Source: an uncultured Verrucomicrobiae bacterium (GTDB lineage: Bacteria; Verrucomicrobiota; Verrucomicrobiia; Chthoniobacterales; JAATET01). From it: a stretch of 64,000 nt of DNA. The notes beneath the pieces were generated by a model. That model was not told the DNA's origin and did not search any database. It saw only the letters and a list, made by a program, of their open reading frames with translations. This document shows, in pieces, positions 45,317 through 55,822 of the stretch; position 1 is the stretch's first letter; each line of letters begins with the position of its first letter. The DNA is taken from positions 1,925,218-1,989,217 of the forward strand of contig CAVXHK010000001.1 of NCBI GenBank assembly GCA_963761705.1, written 5' to 3'. The position numbers and the translations under genes are program-made.

Positions 45317-47155
45317 TTAGCGAAGGTCGTCGGCTCCGAAGTCGGCGGGGATCTCGGACTCGGCGGCGATGATGACCATTTCGCCGCGCATGTTCTGGGC
45401 GCGTTCTTCCGGGGTGGCTGGATTGGCGATGACGGGTTCACCGATGCCCATGCCGCGAACGTCGAAGCGGGAGAGGTCGATCTCGTTGGGCGAGAGTCGG
45501 AGGGACTCGCGGACGTAGGCCGCGTAGGCCCTTTTCACGGCGAAGGCGCGGGAATAGGAGAGCGTGTTTGCGTCGTTGAGGAGCTCTTCGTATTTCGGGA
45601 GGGGGAGTTTGTCGAAGGAGCCGGTTGAGCGGTTTCGCCGCTCGTAGGTGGTCTCGCCGGCTTTGCGTTTGGCGGCGACGAAGTTCGCGAAGAAGTTGTC
45701 GGCGTGGCCCTGGAGCTGAACGATCGCGCCGCCGTAGCGGGCGACGGTCTCGTGGATCTTGGCGAAGACGTCGGGGTAGTCCTGCCAGCTCATGTCGCTC
45801 ATCGCGGCGGGAAATTGGAAGGTGTAACGGTAGAGCGTGCTGGCGTCCTGGCTCTCGGCGGCGGCCCGGACGGCTTGGGCGTTGGCGAAGCTCTGCTTGG
45901 CGGCTTTCGCGGGAGCGGGGGCGGAGGTTGGCGCGATGAAGGCGATCTGGGTCGGCGAGGCGATGAGGCCGATCTCGGCGAGGAAACTCTGGATTCGGTC
46001 GGTGGTGGCGCGGAGGCCGACGGAGTTTTTCTCGTCGAAGAATCTCGCGTTTCCGGCGTCGCCGGCGAGCCGTGAGTCGACGCCCACCCAGAGGATGAAG
46101 TCGTTCACCGCGCCTTCGTCCTGCAGGAAGATCTTGGCGAGCGGGCGGGACGCCGCCTTGAAGGCGTCGACTTGGCGGCGATTCGCGTCGTTCTTTTTGG
46201 CGACGTTCGCGAGTTCGGCGAGGAATTTTTCCTGATTTGCCAGCTGGGCTTGGCGGAAGCCTTCGACGATCTCGGGATGCTCGGTGAGGAAGTCGCGGCG
46301 GACAGCGTAGACGTCGAAGATGACGTTGTCGGCGGTCTTGGTGGTGAAGACGGGGCGGGCTCCTTTCACCGTGCCTTCCTGGCCGGTGCCCGTGCCGCCG
46401 CCGGTCGTGGCGAGGATGTCGGGAAAAATCATGGCCGCGCCAGCGAGGGACGGGTCGCGGCGGAGGGCGTTAGCGGGGTCCTGGGCGGGGTCGTCGGAGT
46501 CCCAGCCGGGTGGGGCCGTGATCTCGCGGACGAATTTGAGCGTCACGTCCGACGGGGCGAGGTCGGCGTCTTTGATGAGATTGCCAACGAGGGAAAGATG
46601 GGGGCCGTTGAGCTGGAGCGCGATGGATTTGCCCTTCAGGTCAGCCAGCTGATCGATGTCGACGCCGACGAAGCCATCGGCTCCGGTGGAGGTTGAAAGT
46701 TGCAGGAAAACGACGGGTTCGAGGGCCGGGTCCTTGGATTTGAGGGCCTGGCTGACGAGGGCGATCATGTCGGCGGTGCCGCGGAGGAAGGGCGATTTGC
46801 CGGTGACGTAGTTGGCGACCTGCTTGTCGAAATCGTCGATGACCTCCAACTGGACGGCCCCGCCCATCGCGCGGGCGAGGGGAGAGTTCGGATCGGGATC
46901 GAGGCCGCCGTTTGCGCTGACGGTGACGCCGTCGGCTGCCCACGTGATGAGGGGTACGAGGAGGGTGCGGGTGGGGTCGACCTCGCCTTTGGTTGTGTCG
47001 TTAATCGCCGGGGATTCGCCGAAGGGCCGGTAGGGCTCCACGTATTCGACCTTCTGCGCGAAGAGCGGAAGCGCGGTGGCGAGGAGGAGCGTAAGGGAGC
47101 GGGAGAGATGGTTCATAATCATGGGCGCGAGGCGCAGAAGTCGGCTGGAACGCAA
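45317..47155 (-). CDS. Secreted periplasmic-binding-like protein with a C-terminal OmpA-like domain
   Basis: 612 aa, same architecture as 42939..44459. C-terminal LSYSRAFAVKRAY...VRGMGIGEP. Confidence 0.55.
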   Translation of the reverse strand: MRSSRLLRLAPMIMNHLSRSLTLLLATALPLFAQKVEYVEPYRPFGESPAINDTTKGEVDPTRTLLVPLITWAADGVTVSANGGLDPDPNSPLARAMGGAVQLEVIDDFDKQVANYVTGKSPFLRGTADMIALVSQALKSKDPALEPVVFLQLSTSTGADGFVGVDIDQLADLKGKSIALQLNGPHLSLVGNLIKDADLAPSDVTLKFVREITAPPGWDSDDPAQDPANALRRDPSLAGAAMIFPDILATTGGGTGTGQEGTVKGARPVFTTKTADNVIFDVYAVRRDFLTEHPEIVEGFRQAQLANQEKFLAELANVAKKNDANRRQVDAFKAASRPLAKIFLQDEGAVNDFILWVGVDSRLAGDAGNARFFDEKNSVGLRATTDRIQSFLAEIGLIASPTQIAFIAPTSAPAPAKAAKQSFANAQAVRAAAESQDASTLYRYTFQFPAAMSDMSWQDYPDVFAKIHETVARYGGAIVQLQGHADNFFANFVAAKRKAGETTYERRNRSTGSFDKLPLPKYEELLNDANTLSYSRAFAVKRAYAAYVRESLRLSPNEIDLSRFDVRGMGIGEPVIANPATPEERAQNMRGEMVIIAAESEIPADFGADDLR

Positions 47156-47575
47156 ACCGACCTTCCTTGGAGATATTCGATGCCCGCGGGAGAGTCAAAG
47201 CCGCGATCAAGCGGTGGACTTTTTCGGTGGAATCGGGGGGATTGAGCACAGCGATCGCGGCGGAGTGAGGTCGGTCAAGGCATCGGTCGACTCGATGATC
47301 AATTGATCGCCATACCGACGGATGAAATCCTCGCGGCCGACCAACTCGGATTCCCCCGGAATACGAATTCGGTTATTGCAAGCGCAGCGACGGGCGGGGA
47401 TTCGTTGGACAGTGGTCGTTGCCAGCGGATTGACGGGAATCCTCCCGAGGCAAGCCTGAGCCGGAGGGGCTGGGTGAGGCGAAGCGGTGCGGCCCGGAGA
47501 GAGAGGATCGTAATGGGGCGAGGGGTTCGGTCAGTGCCGAATGAGGCGGACTCGAATCACCGGGCGAGAGGGTGA

Positions 47576-48282
47576 TCTCCGCGCCTTTGGCGATCTGGCT
47601 TTCTCCCTTGGGGCCGGATGAGATGGTCCTATCCGCGGCAAAGCGGACCCGGCCGAACGGGATTCTTTCTCTCGGAGGCGGCGCACCCTTGGGAGGTTTT
47701 TACCGAGGCGGGTTTCGAGGTGGTGGTGGCGAGTCCGGCGGGGGGATTTGCCCCGGTGGATCCGAAGAGTCTGGATCGGGAGGATCCGGCGAATGCGGCA
47801 TTTTGGAAGAAATTCGGCGGCGAGGTTGATGCGGTGAAAGGCGTCGAAGGCACCAATGAATTGGGAGCGGTGACGCCGTGATCTTTTTCGCGGGTGGGCA
47901 CGGGACGATGTGGGATTTACCCGATTCCGAAGCAGTGCAGGGGGCGACGGCCAGCGGTTACGAATCAGGGGGCGTGGTTGCGGCGGTTTGTCACGGCCCG
48001 GCGGCGCTGGTAAATGTGAAATTGGCTGGTGGCGAGCCGCTGGTGAAGGGGCGGAAAGTTGCGGCGTTTACGAACGCCGAAGAGGCAGCGGTGCAACTGA
48101 CGGATACCATGCCTTTTCTCCTCGAATCCCGGCTCGAGGAGGCGGGTGCGGAGGTCCAGACAGCTGCGGATTTTTCGGAGAACGTCGTGGTGGATGGTCG
48201 ATTGATCACGGGGCAAAACCCGGCTTCGGCGCGGCTGACCGCGCAGAAAGTGGTCGCGGAGATTCTGACCCGGCAGGAGTAG
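47576..48282 (+). pseudogene. DJ-1/PfpI (class I glutamine amidotransferase-like) gene with at least two frameshifts
   Basis: The family sequence is spread over three frames. These are ...EMVLSAAKRT (frame of ORF 47572), TGFFLSEAAHPWEVFTEAGFEVVVASPAGG...AVTP* (ORF 47618..47881) and VIFFAGGHGTMWD...AAVCHGPAAL... (ORF 47878..48282). Confidence 0.7.
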
Positions 48283-48305
48283 AGTTGGGGGGATCGAGGG
48301 GGTGG

Positions 48306-48977
48306 TTACCCGAGGGCTTGGATGCCGAAGCGGAGGAGGGGGGAGACGATTTTGGCGAAGGAGGTGACTTCGTCCGCGACGTTTCCGTTGATCCAGGTCT
48401 TCTTGGTTAATGGGCGTTGAACGACGAGGGTTTTTAGCCGGACGATGTCGGCGAATTTCGCGTCCGCACAGTCTTCGAAGCCGCGGGGCATTCGTTTGAG
48501 CGAGTCCTCGGTGGAGAAGGAGAGATTGGCATTTTCCAGAGTCTTCAGAACGTTTGCGAAGGTGGCTTCCCCGTCGATCAGTTGCTCGCGGATTTTGTTC
48601 AGGCGCGGGGTTGGGAGTTGGTGGAACCCGGCGGCGACGAAGCCCCCGTCGCGGGCGAGGTGGAGGTAGACGAGGCCGGCGTCTTCGTTCTTCCGACCGC
48701 TCGGGGTGAGGAGGCCGCTGATGTTTTCCTTGTAAGGGAGTTTATCGGCGGAGAAGCGGACGTCGCGGTTCAGGCGGAACATCGTTTTCTGGTCTCCGGA
48801 GAGGGGTGGGAAGTTCTTCCGAAGGGCGGCGCTGACGGTGAGGAGGACGTGCGCGAAGGGTTCCTGGAGATCGGCGCGAACGTCGGCGCGGTGGGCGTCG
48901 AACCACTCCTTGGTGTTGTTCGCGTGGAGTTCGTCGAGGAGGTCGAAGGATCTGCGGGTGAAGGTGGGATTAGGCAT
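48306..48977 (-). CDS. DUF2461 (TIGR02453) family protein
   Basis: 223 aa with LHANNTKEWF and RLNRDVRFSADKLPYK motifs, recalled for this family. Confidence 0.7.
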   Translation of the reverse strand: MPNPTFTRRSFDLLDELHANNTKEWFDAHRADVRADLQEPFAHVLLTVSAALRKNFPPLSGDQKTMFRLNRDVRFSADKLPYKENISGLLTPSGRKNEDAGLVYLHLARDGGFVAAGFHQLPTPRLNKIREQLIDGEATFANVLKTLENANLSFSTEDSLKRMPRGFEDCADAKFADIVRLKTLVVQRPLTKKTWINGNVADEVTSFAKIVSPLLRFGIQALG

Positions 48978-49304
48978 GGGTGGTGGGAAGCGGGCCTACC
49001 GAATAGGGGAGGCCGTTCTGCAGGAGGAAGACACCTCTGAAGCAATGCGGACGATTGGCGCAAGGTCAATCACTACATTCGCGGGATGAGTGGGACGACC
49101 GAGGGCCTTGGAGAACTTCCGATCTCTTCCCCGAGGGTTCGCTTAAAAACAGCAATCGGCGAACAATCTGCCCCAATTAGGTCCTCGTGCGCGAAGACCT
49201 GACGGTGCTCTGCGATGAAAATCGTCAGCCTGCGAAAATAGCCACCGCTCGTGAAAAACTTCTGCGACATCAAGGAAATCGCCGAGGCAACACCGAGGCT
49301 ACCG

Positions 49305-49748
49305 CTAGTCATTTGCCTTGGGATAACCCGCGGACACGTTCCAGAAATTTCCCGAAAGCCTCTCCAGCGGACGCTCGTTTTCAGCGCCCGGCTTCCGCCC
49401 GTCCCGCAGGAGCAGGATCAAATCCGAACTCACTTCCGGTCGTTTCTGGAAATTGGAGTGCCCGAGAGAATTCCCGCTCAATCGCGAATGGACGATCGAA
49501 AGCCCCGGCATTCGGCCCATGATCTCCAAGGCTTCCAGCGCGAAATCGTTTGGCGAGATTCGACCGATCCTCACCGTGCTCTCAAGCAGAAATTCGGAAA
49601 TCCGAATCGCCTGATCGTCGGCCGACGAATAGATCGAAAAACTGTCGACGGCGTTGTGGAGTTGCTTCGCCGCGATCCGCTGGGCGAAAACCTCGTTGTC
49701 TAGGTCCGGCGAGAGGAGCACGACGTCGCCGAGTTTCAATTCGTCCAA
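49305..49748 (-). pseudogene. DUF900-type alpha/beta hydrolase, C-terminal fragment only
   Basis: The 147-aa ORF matches only the C-terminal half of the family (VVLLSPDLDNEVF, SIYSSADDQAIRIS). The upstream frame has a stop and no nucleophile-elbow region before the divergent channel gene. Confidence 0.45.
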
Positions 49749-50020
49749 TCCCGTCGGTGACGACCGCCGTTCCCGGGCGACCGGGCCTCGACTGGAACTT
49801 GACGAGTCCAGCCGCCTGGTGGAAGAAGGCCGGCGTCGCCCTCGTCGGCATTTTCATGACCCGCGTTTTCACGTCTTCATCCGCGGATTCGGGACTTGCT
49901 CGGTCCTCCGGGATCAGCCGTCGGCGTATCCGTAACCTTTGAGGTTGTATTCTAATGCGCATACTTCCTTACCTTCTTCCCGGAATCCCCGAGTATTCGG
50001 AGGTCACTCTTGGTGGAGGA

Positions 50021-53000
50021 ATGACCGCGGGAGTGCGGAGCGTAGGTGGGTTCAAATTAGTCACCGTCCTCGGACTGATCATCGCATGGTTTGACGTTGG
50101 CCTGGCAACAGTCCGCGCTCAGGAGGGACTCGCGGGAGGAACGACCGCCGGGGAAGTCGCTGGAATCGAGACCGCAGCCGCAGTGCCGTCCGCCGAGGAG
50201 TTGGCGGCTCTGCGGGCGGCGATTGCGGACGACTCGGAAATCCCGAACGCGCTGAAGCCATTTCTCGACGATCAGTATCAGCGGGCGATCGAGTTACTCG
50301 CCGACGCGGCGAATTCCCGCGAAACGGAGGCTTCCTACCGCGCAGCGCTCGAATCCGCCCCGTCGAAGTTGCGCGAGATCCATTCGGCTCTGGCCGCGCC
50401 ATCAATGGATCAACCCCCGCTGCCCGCCACCCTCGAAAAGGTTGACCAGGCCATCGCCTCAGCCCAGGCCGGGAGTGCGGAGGCAACCGCGGAGTTGGCG
50501 GACGTCGCGGCGCAGCTCGAGGGGGCGGCGGATTTGCCGCTGACCGACGGCCCGCGACTGCGGGCCGCTCGGGCGGATTTGACGGGTGCGAACGCCGATG
50601 TCGCCGGGCTCGCCGAAGATCCGAATCCGAGCTTGGGCGAGGCGGCTGCCCTCACTCTGGCGCTGACCCGACGCGAGGCCCTTGCCGCGGAGATCGCGAT
50701 GATCGAGATGGAGCGGACGAGTCGGGAGGCCCGGCTGGCCGCCCTCGACGCCCGGAGCAAACTCCTCGCGCGAGATGCGACCGCCCTGAAGCAAAGGCTC
50801 CGACGCTTGGAGGATCACCGGATCGAGATCGCCGCTCAGAACGCGGCGGACGCGATCGAACGCGCCCGGGAAGTCGCGCGGGACGACGCGAGCGTCCTTC
50901 CGCGGCGTCGCGAGGAGGCTGGCCGGATTCTTGCCCTTGCCCGGCAAAACGAAGAGACCGCCCGCCGGGTCGCGGCGGTCACCGCGGGCGTCCGGGAATC
51001 GCGGCAGCGTCGCGATCAACTGCAAGCGACTGCGGCTAGCATTCGTGAGCAATTCGAACTGGGCGGCCTGCGGGGTAATTTCGTCGACCTGCTCCGAAAT
51101 CGTCAGGCCGCCATGATCGCCCCGGACGCGTTGACCAGTTTGCTCCGGAGTCTCCGCAACACTCTTGCCACCGCCCAACTCGAAGAATTTGCCCTGCGAC
51201 GGGAGCTGGATTCCCTGCAAACGGAGACGTCGGATGGAGCCGACGAGCTTCAAATAACGAAACGGGATCTGCTCGAAGCAACCCTCGAAAACTACCGGGA
51301 CCTGATCCGCGGACAGACCGCCTTCATCGCGCTGGAGCAGGACACCAACGACATTGATGCCGCCCTGCGCGATTTCCTGCTGGAGAAACTCTTTTGGGTG
51401 CGGAGTCTGCCGCCCCTCGGCATCGCGGCGTTTGCCCAAATCCCCGGGGCCTGGCAGCGCTTCCTCACCGCGAACGACGGCAGCGAACCCACCCGCGTCC
51501 TCGCATTTTTCCCGCGCACCCGCCCCGTCACCACCGGGATCATCGCGCTGGCGCTCATCATCCCGCTCGCCTTCCGGTCGCGGCTCCTCGCCGCGTTGAA
51601 GGACTCGGGCCAACAAACTCGCCGGATCGCCTCCGACACCTACCGGCAAACCGTGCGGGCTCTCGTGATCACGCTGGTCCTCGCGTCGCCGATTCCGATC
51701 GTCCTCACGAGTCTGTCCGTTGTCCTGGGAAGCGATCCCACCGCCGCGAGTTGGATTCAGGGCCTCGCTGAGGGTTTGCACGTCTCCGCAATTCAATCCT
51801 TGGGGGTCTTCTTCCTTCACGCCGTCTGCCGTCCCGGCGGACTTGGCGAACTGCACTTTCTCTGGGACCCGAGTGCCCTCCGGCAAATCCAGCGGACCGT
51901 TTTGGTGCTCTTTGCGATCGTTCTCCCCAGCAATCTCTTCATCTGGACCACGCTCTTTGCCTCGCCCGATTTCGTCGAAGGTCTTGGCCGCCTCACCTTC
52001 ATTGCCAGCCAGCTCGCCATCGCGGCGATCCTTTACCACGCGTTTCGTCCGGAGGGCGGAATCGCCTCGGGTATTGTCCGCAAACGCCCGAACGGTTTAG
52101 TCGCCCGGACGCGGCGACTGTGGCTTGGCATCCTGGTGGGTTCGCCGCTCATCCTCGCGGCATTGGCCTGGCTGGGCTATTTCATCACGGCAACGTCGCT
52201 CAGCGACACGACGATCGCGACCCACGCGTGGATCGCGGGAGCCTTCGTGATCCACGCGTTGATCCTGCGCTGGTTCCTGATTCGAGAACGTCGGCTCGCC
52301 TTGCAGGAGGCCGTCGAAACCCGACGGGCGCGGGCGCGGGAGACCAGGGAAAGCGAAACGAAACCCGACGGGTTGACCGACGACATCGAGGTGGATGCTG
52401 CCGAGGCCGACCTCGACGTCGAAGCCATCGGGGCCCAGACGCGCCGACTCGTGAACGTCCTCGTCATCGTCTCGCTGCTTGTCGCGCTCTACTACCTCTG
52501 GACCACCCAACTCCCCGGCCTTCGGGTCATCGAGACGATCCGGATCAGCGGGGCGCTCACGCTTTCCGGATTGCTCCAGGCGGTCATCGCCGGATTTGTC
52601 ACCGTCGTCGTCGCGCGAAACCTTCCCGGTCTGCTCGACATCGCGTTGCTGCGGGGGCTCCAAGTCGAATCGGGAACGCGCAAGGCCGTCGCCACCCTCT
52701 GCCAATATGCCGTGATCCTCATCGGGCTGGGGTTTGCCCTCCAGTTCCTGCATTTGGACTGGTCCCGGTTCGCGTGGATCGCCGCCGCGCTCAGCGTCGG
52801 GATCGGCTTCGGACTTCAGGAAGTCGTGGCCAACTTCATCTGCGGAATCATCATCCTCTTCGAACGCCCCATCCGCATCGGCGACACCGTGACCATCCAG
52901 GAAATCGAGGGCGTCGTGACCCGCGTGCAAATGCGCGCCACGACGATCACGAACTGGGAAAGGAAGGACTTCCTCGTGCCGAACAAGGAAATCGTGAACG

Positions 53001-53389
53001 GCACGCTGATGAACTGGACGCTCACCACGGCGATCAACCGCGTGACGATTCCAGTCGGCGTCGCCTACGGAACCGACATCGAGCGCGCCTGCGCCATCCT
53101 CCAGGAAATCGCGGAGGCCCACCCCGAGGTCCTCGACGACCCGGCCCCGTTCACCAGCTTTCAAGATTTCGGCGACAGCGCGCTCATCATTGACGTCCGC
53201 GTTTACATCACGGATGTCAATCGGCGCATCGGCATCTACTCGGCGATCCGCAAATCGATCGCCCGCCGGTTCGCCGAGGCGGAGATTGAAATCGCTTTTC
53301 CGCAGCGCGACCTCAACCTCAAGAGCATCTCTCCGGAGGTCCGCGAGGCATTGGGGCTTCGACGTCCCGACGATCCCCGCGGACTCTAA
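50021..53389 (+). CDS. MscK/KefA-like mechanosensitive channel (MscS family)
   Basis: Long periplasmic coiled-coil N-terminus, multiple TMs and a C-terminal MscS core (FGLQEVVANFICGIIILFERPIRIGDTV). Start ambiguous between 49955 and 50021. Confidence 0.85.
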   Translation: MTAGVRSVGGFKLVTVLGLIIAWFDVGLATVRAQEGLAGGTTAGEVAGIETAAAVPSAEELAALRAAIADDSEIPNALKPFLDDQYQRAIELLADAANSRETEASYRAALESAPSKLREIHSALAAPSMDQPPLPATLEKVDQAIASAQAGSAEATAELADVAAQLEGAADLPLTDGPRLRAARADLTGANADVAGLAEDPNPSLGEAAALTLALTRREALAAEIAMIEMERTSREARLAALDARSKLLARDATALKQRLRRLEDHRIEIAAQNAADAIERAREVARDDASVLPRRREEAGRILALARQNEETARRVAAVTAGVRESRQRRDQLQATAASIREQFELGGLRGNFVDLLRNRQAAMIAPDALTSLLRSLRNTLATAQLEEFALRRELDSLQTETSDGADELQITKRDLLEATLENYRDLIRGQTAFIALEQDTNDIDAALRDFLLEKLFWVRSLPPLGIAAFAQIPGAWQRFLTANDGSEPTRVLAFFPRTRPVTTGIIALALIIPLAFRSRLLAALKDSGQQTRRIASDTYRQTVRALVITLVLASPIPIVLTSLSVVLGSDPTAASWIQGLAEGLHVSAIQSLGVFFLHAVCRPGGLGELHFLWDPSALRQIQRTVLVLFAIVLPSNLFIWTTLFASPDFVEGLGRLTFIASQLAIAAILYHAFRPEGGIASGIVRKRPNGLVARTRRLWLGILVGSPLILAALAWLGYFITATSLSDTTIATHAWIAGAFVIHALILRWFLIRERRLALQEAVETRRARARETRESETKPDGLTDDIEVDAAEADLDVEAIGAQTRRLVNVLVIVSLLVALYYLWTTQLPGLRVIETIRISGALTLSGLLQAVIAGFVTVVVARNLPGLLDIALLRGLQVESGTRKAVATLCQYAVILIGLGFALQFLHLDWSRFAWIAAALSVGIGFGLQEVVANFICGIIILFERPIRIGDTVTIQEIEGVVTRVQMRATTITNWERKDFLVPNKEIVNGTLMNWTLTTAINRVTIPVGVAYGTDIERACAILQEIAEAHPEVLDDPAPFTSFQDFGDSALIIDVRVYITDVNRRIGIYSAIRKSIARRFAEAEIEIAFPQRDLNLKSISPEVREALGLRRPDDPRGL

Positions 53390-53459
53390 TGCAGACCGCG
53401 CACACCGAGTCGGCCCCCTCATGCCGCCCACCTCGTCGGGGATTGACTATGTAACCGTA

Positions 53460-53942
53460 ATGGTTACAAAATGCGTTATGAAATCATCATCGGTTGTCTT
53501 GCTTCGCATGTCCGCAGTTCTCTGGATCCTTTGGGGGTTGGTTCACTTTTTAGCGGGCGTCTTGATCATGAGCGGCGAAACCACGGTCGGCTTTCAATCC
53601 ATCGCCGATGGGGTTCCGGCCGAGGCGCTCGAGATGGAATACCCCGCCGCGGTTGGGGCCGTGCTCAATCAGCACGCCTGGAATCTCGCGTGGGGCGGCT
53701 TGGTCACCATCATTGGCGCGGTATTTATCTGGCGAAAAAACCGCACGGCGATCTGGGTCACCGCGATGATCGGCGGGCTTCTGGACGTCGGCTATTTTGT
53801 CTTCGTCGACCTGGGAGGCTACGCTCGCTTCGTGCCGGGGACGGTGATTACCATCATTTCCTCCCTCGCCATTATTTTGAGCTTCATCGTTTTTTTCCAA
53901 AACACCCGGCGCTCCCGAGATCATTCCCCGATCAAAGCCTGA
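53460..53942 (+). CDS. Hypothetical membrane protein
   Basis: Four predicted hydrophobic helices. In-frame ATGs at 53460 and 53478 within listed ORF 53190..53942. Confidence 0.5.
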   Translation: MVTKCVMKSSSVVLLRMSAVLWILWGLVHFLAGVLIMSGETTVGFQSIADGVPAEALEMEYPAAVGAVLNQHAWNLAWGGLVTIIGAVFIWRKNRTAIWVTAMIGGLLDVGYFVFVDLGGYARFVPGTVITIISSLAIILSFIVFFQNTRRSRDHSPIKA

Positions 53943-53954
53943 CTCCTTCCTTTC

Positions 53955-54491
53955 TTGATGAAAAATATCTTAGTCGTTCCCGGCAGCAACAGCACATCCT
54001 CCATCAACCGGGAGCTTGCCCTTCACGCCGCGGCGCAGATCGAAAACTCCCAAACGTCGATTCTGGATTTATCCCGCGTCGTCCTTCCGCTCTACGGACC
54101 CGACTTGGAGGCCGAGTCTGGCATTCCAGCGGAGGTCCACGAACTGGATTCCTTGATCGAGTCCGCCGACGGACTGATCGTTTCCCTCGCGGAATACAAC
54201 GGGTCCTACGCCGCCGCTTTCAAGAACGCCTTCGACTGGCTCTCGCGGATCGACATGAAAGTGTGGAAAAATAAGCCGATGCTTCTGATGGCCACCTCAC
54301 CGGGAGGCGGCGGGGGTGCTCACGTGTTGGCGTCGGCTCGGAATGACTTCCCCCATTTTGGCGGGAACATCGCGGCTGACTTTTCCTTACCGCTTTTTCA
54401 CGAGAATTTTGGGGATCGAAAAATCCTGAGCGAAGAACTCCGCAGCGACTTTTTGGGGAAAGTGGAACTGTTCCGTCAGGCACTCAATTGA
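53955..54491 (+). CDS. NAD(P)H-dependent FMN reductase family protein
   Basis: 178 aa with ILVVPGSNSTSSINREL and SLAEYNGSY motifs. Confidence 0.75.
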   Translation: MMKNILVVPGSNSTSSINRELALHAAAQIENSQTSILDLSRVVLPLYGPDLEAESGIPAEVHELDSLIESADGLIVSLAEYNGSYAAAFKNAFDWLSRIDMKVWKNKPMLLMATSPGGGGGAHVLASARNDFPHFGGNIAADFSLPLFHENFGDRKILSEELRSDFLGKVELFRQALN

Positions 54492-54553
54492 GTTGCCGAT
54501 CGGTCGAGGATCAACCCCGGGCCGAATCATTGGTTTTCAGCGGGATGGACGAG

Positions 54554-54997
54554 TCAGGTCCTTGAGCTCGATTGCTTGAACGCCCGGCAAATCCGGGGGC
54601 CGACCTGCCGATCCACTGCGGCCAGAGTGATGGACTCGAATTGACTGAGGAGCGCCTCTTCGGCGGTTTCGAAAAGGTCGTTGATGTAGCCCCCCAGAAC
54701 TCGGGGAACAACGCGACGGTCCGCCGGATAGCGCCGCAGCAGTTCGGGATCCTCCGTCGCGGCCTCATAGACCTCGCGGAGATTGATCTCGTTGGGATCC
54801 TTCGCGAGCACGCTCCCACCGCCGACGCCCCGCGCGCTCTCGACCAAACCGCTTTGATTCAAACGGGACAAGACCCGGCGGAGCACGACGGGACTGGTCC
54901 CATACAACTCCGCCAGACACTCCGAAGTCGCTGGTCGGCCCCCCTGCGAGGCGAGGAACCCAACGATGTGCAATCCTATGGCAAAATCCTGATTCAT
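54554..54997 (-). CDS. Rrf2-family transcriptional regulator
   Basis: 147 aa with a wHTH pattern (YGTSPVVLRRVLSRLNQSGLVESARGVGGG). Confidence 0.8.
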   Translation of the reverse strand: MNQDFAIGLHIVGFLASQGGRPATSECLAELYGTSPVVLRRVLSRLNQSGLVESARGVGGGSVLAKDPNEINLREVYEAATEDPELLRRYPADRRVVPRVLGGYINDLFETAEEALLSQFESITLAAVDRQVGPRICRAFKQSSSRT

Positions 54998-55090
54998 TCG
55001 CTGACGATCCGAGGCATGATCGAAGTCCTGGTCAATCTGACGAGAAGTTATTTAGTGACGCATGGTAAATAAATAACTGACAGTTAACAA

Positions 55091-55822
55091 ATGGTGGCGA
55101 GTCGAAAGGAGCGGGCGTTTGCGGAGCGGGAGAGGTTGGTCGTGGAGACGGCGGACGGGATGCTCCGTCGGACGGGGTATTTGGGGCTGAATTTGGACGA
55201 TTTGGCGGAGCGGGTGGAGTATTCGAAGGCGACGCTCTATCACCATTTTGCGAGCAAGGAGGATCTGGTACTGGCGGTGGTGACGTGGCAGATGGCGAGG
55301 CGGGTGGATTTTTTTGAGCGGGCGGCTCGATACGCCGGGACGACGCGGGAGCGGATATTCGGCTTTGGGATTGGGGATCTATTGTTGAGCCGGCTGGCTC
55401 CGCACGGGTTTCCGCTGGCGGAGCTGGTGAGGTCGGATTCGATTTGGAAGAAGTGTTCGGATGAGCGTCGGGCGGGGATGCACGCGATCAATTGGCGGTG
55501 TTTTCAGCTGGGTGTGGAGGTCGTTGACGCGGCGCGGGTTGCGGGGGATTTGGAGGAGTGGGCTCCGCCGTCGGCGGAGGTGGTGTGGGGATTGGTGAGT
55601 CTGTCCAAGGGGGCGCATCTGCTGGCGGCGGATGAGATTTTTCGGGGGCCGGCGGTGATCGGGGGGAGTCCGATGGATTGTCTGCTGGAGAATTACCACC
55701 GGTATTTGGATGGGTGCGGGTGGCGGGCGTATCGGCGGGATTTTGACTACGACGCGAGTCGGCGGGAGATCGAGTCGTTGCTTTTTGCGGAAGAATTGCG
55801 GGGTCTGGAGGTGGTGAAATGA
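55091..55822 (+). CDS. TetR-family transcriptional regulator
   Basis: 243 aa with an N-terminal TetR HTH (LNLDDLAERVEYSKATLYHHFASKEDL). Confidence 0.8.
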   Translation: MVASRKERAFAERERLVVETADGMLRRTGYLGLNLDDLAERVEYSKATLYHHFASKEDLVLAVVTWQMARRVDFFERAARYAGTTRERIFGFGIGDLLLSRLAPHGFPLAELVRSDSIWKKCSDERRAGMHAINWRCFQLGVEVVDAARVAGDLEEWAPPSAEVVWGLVSLSKGAHLLAADEIFRGPAVIGGSPMDCLLENYHRYLDGCGWRAYRRDFDYDASRREIESLLFAEELRGLEVVK

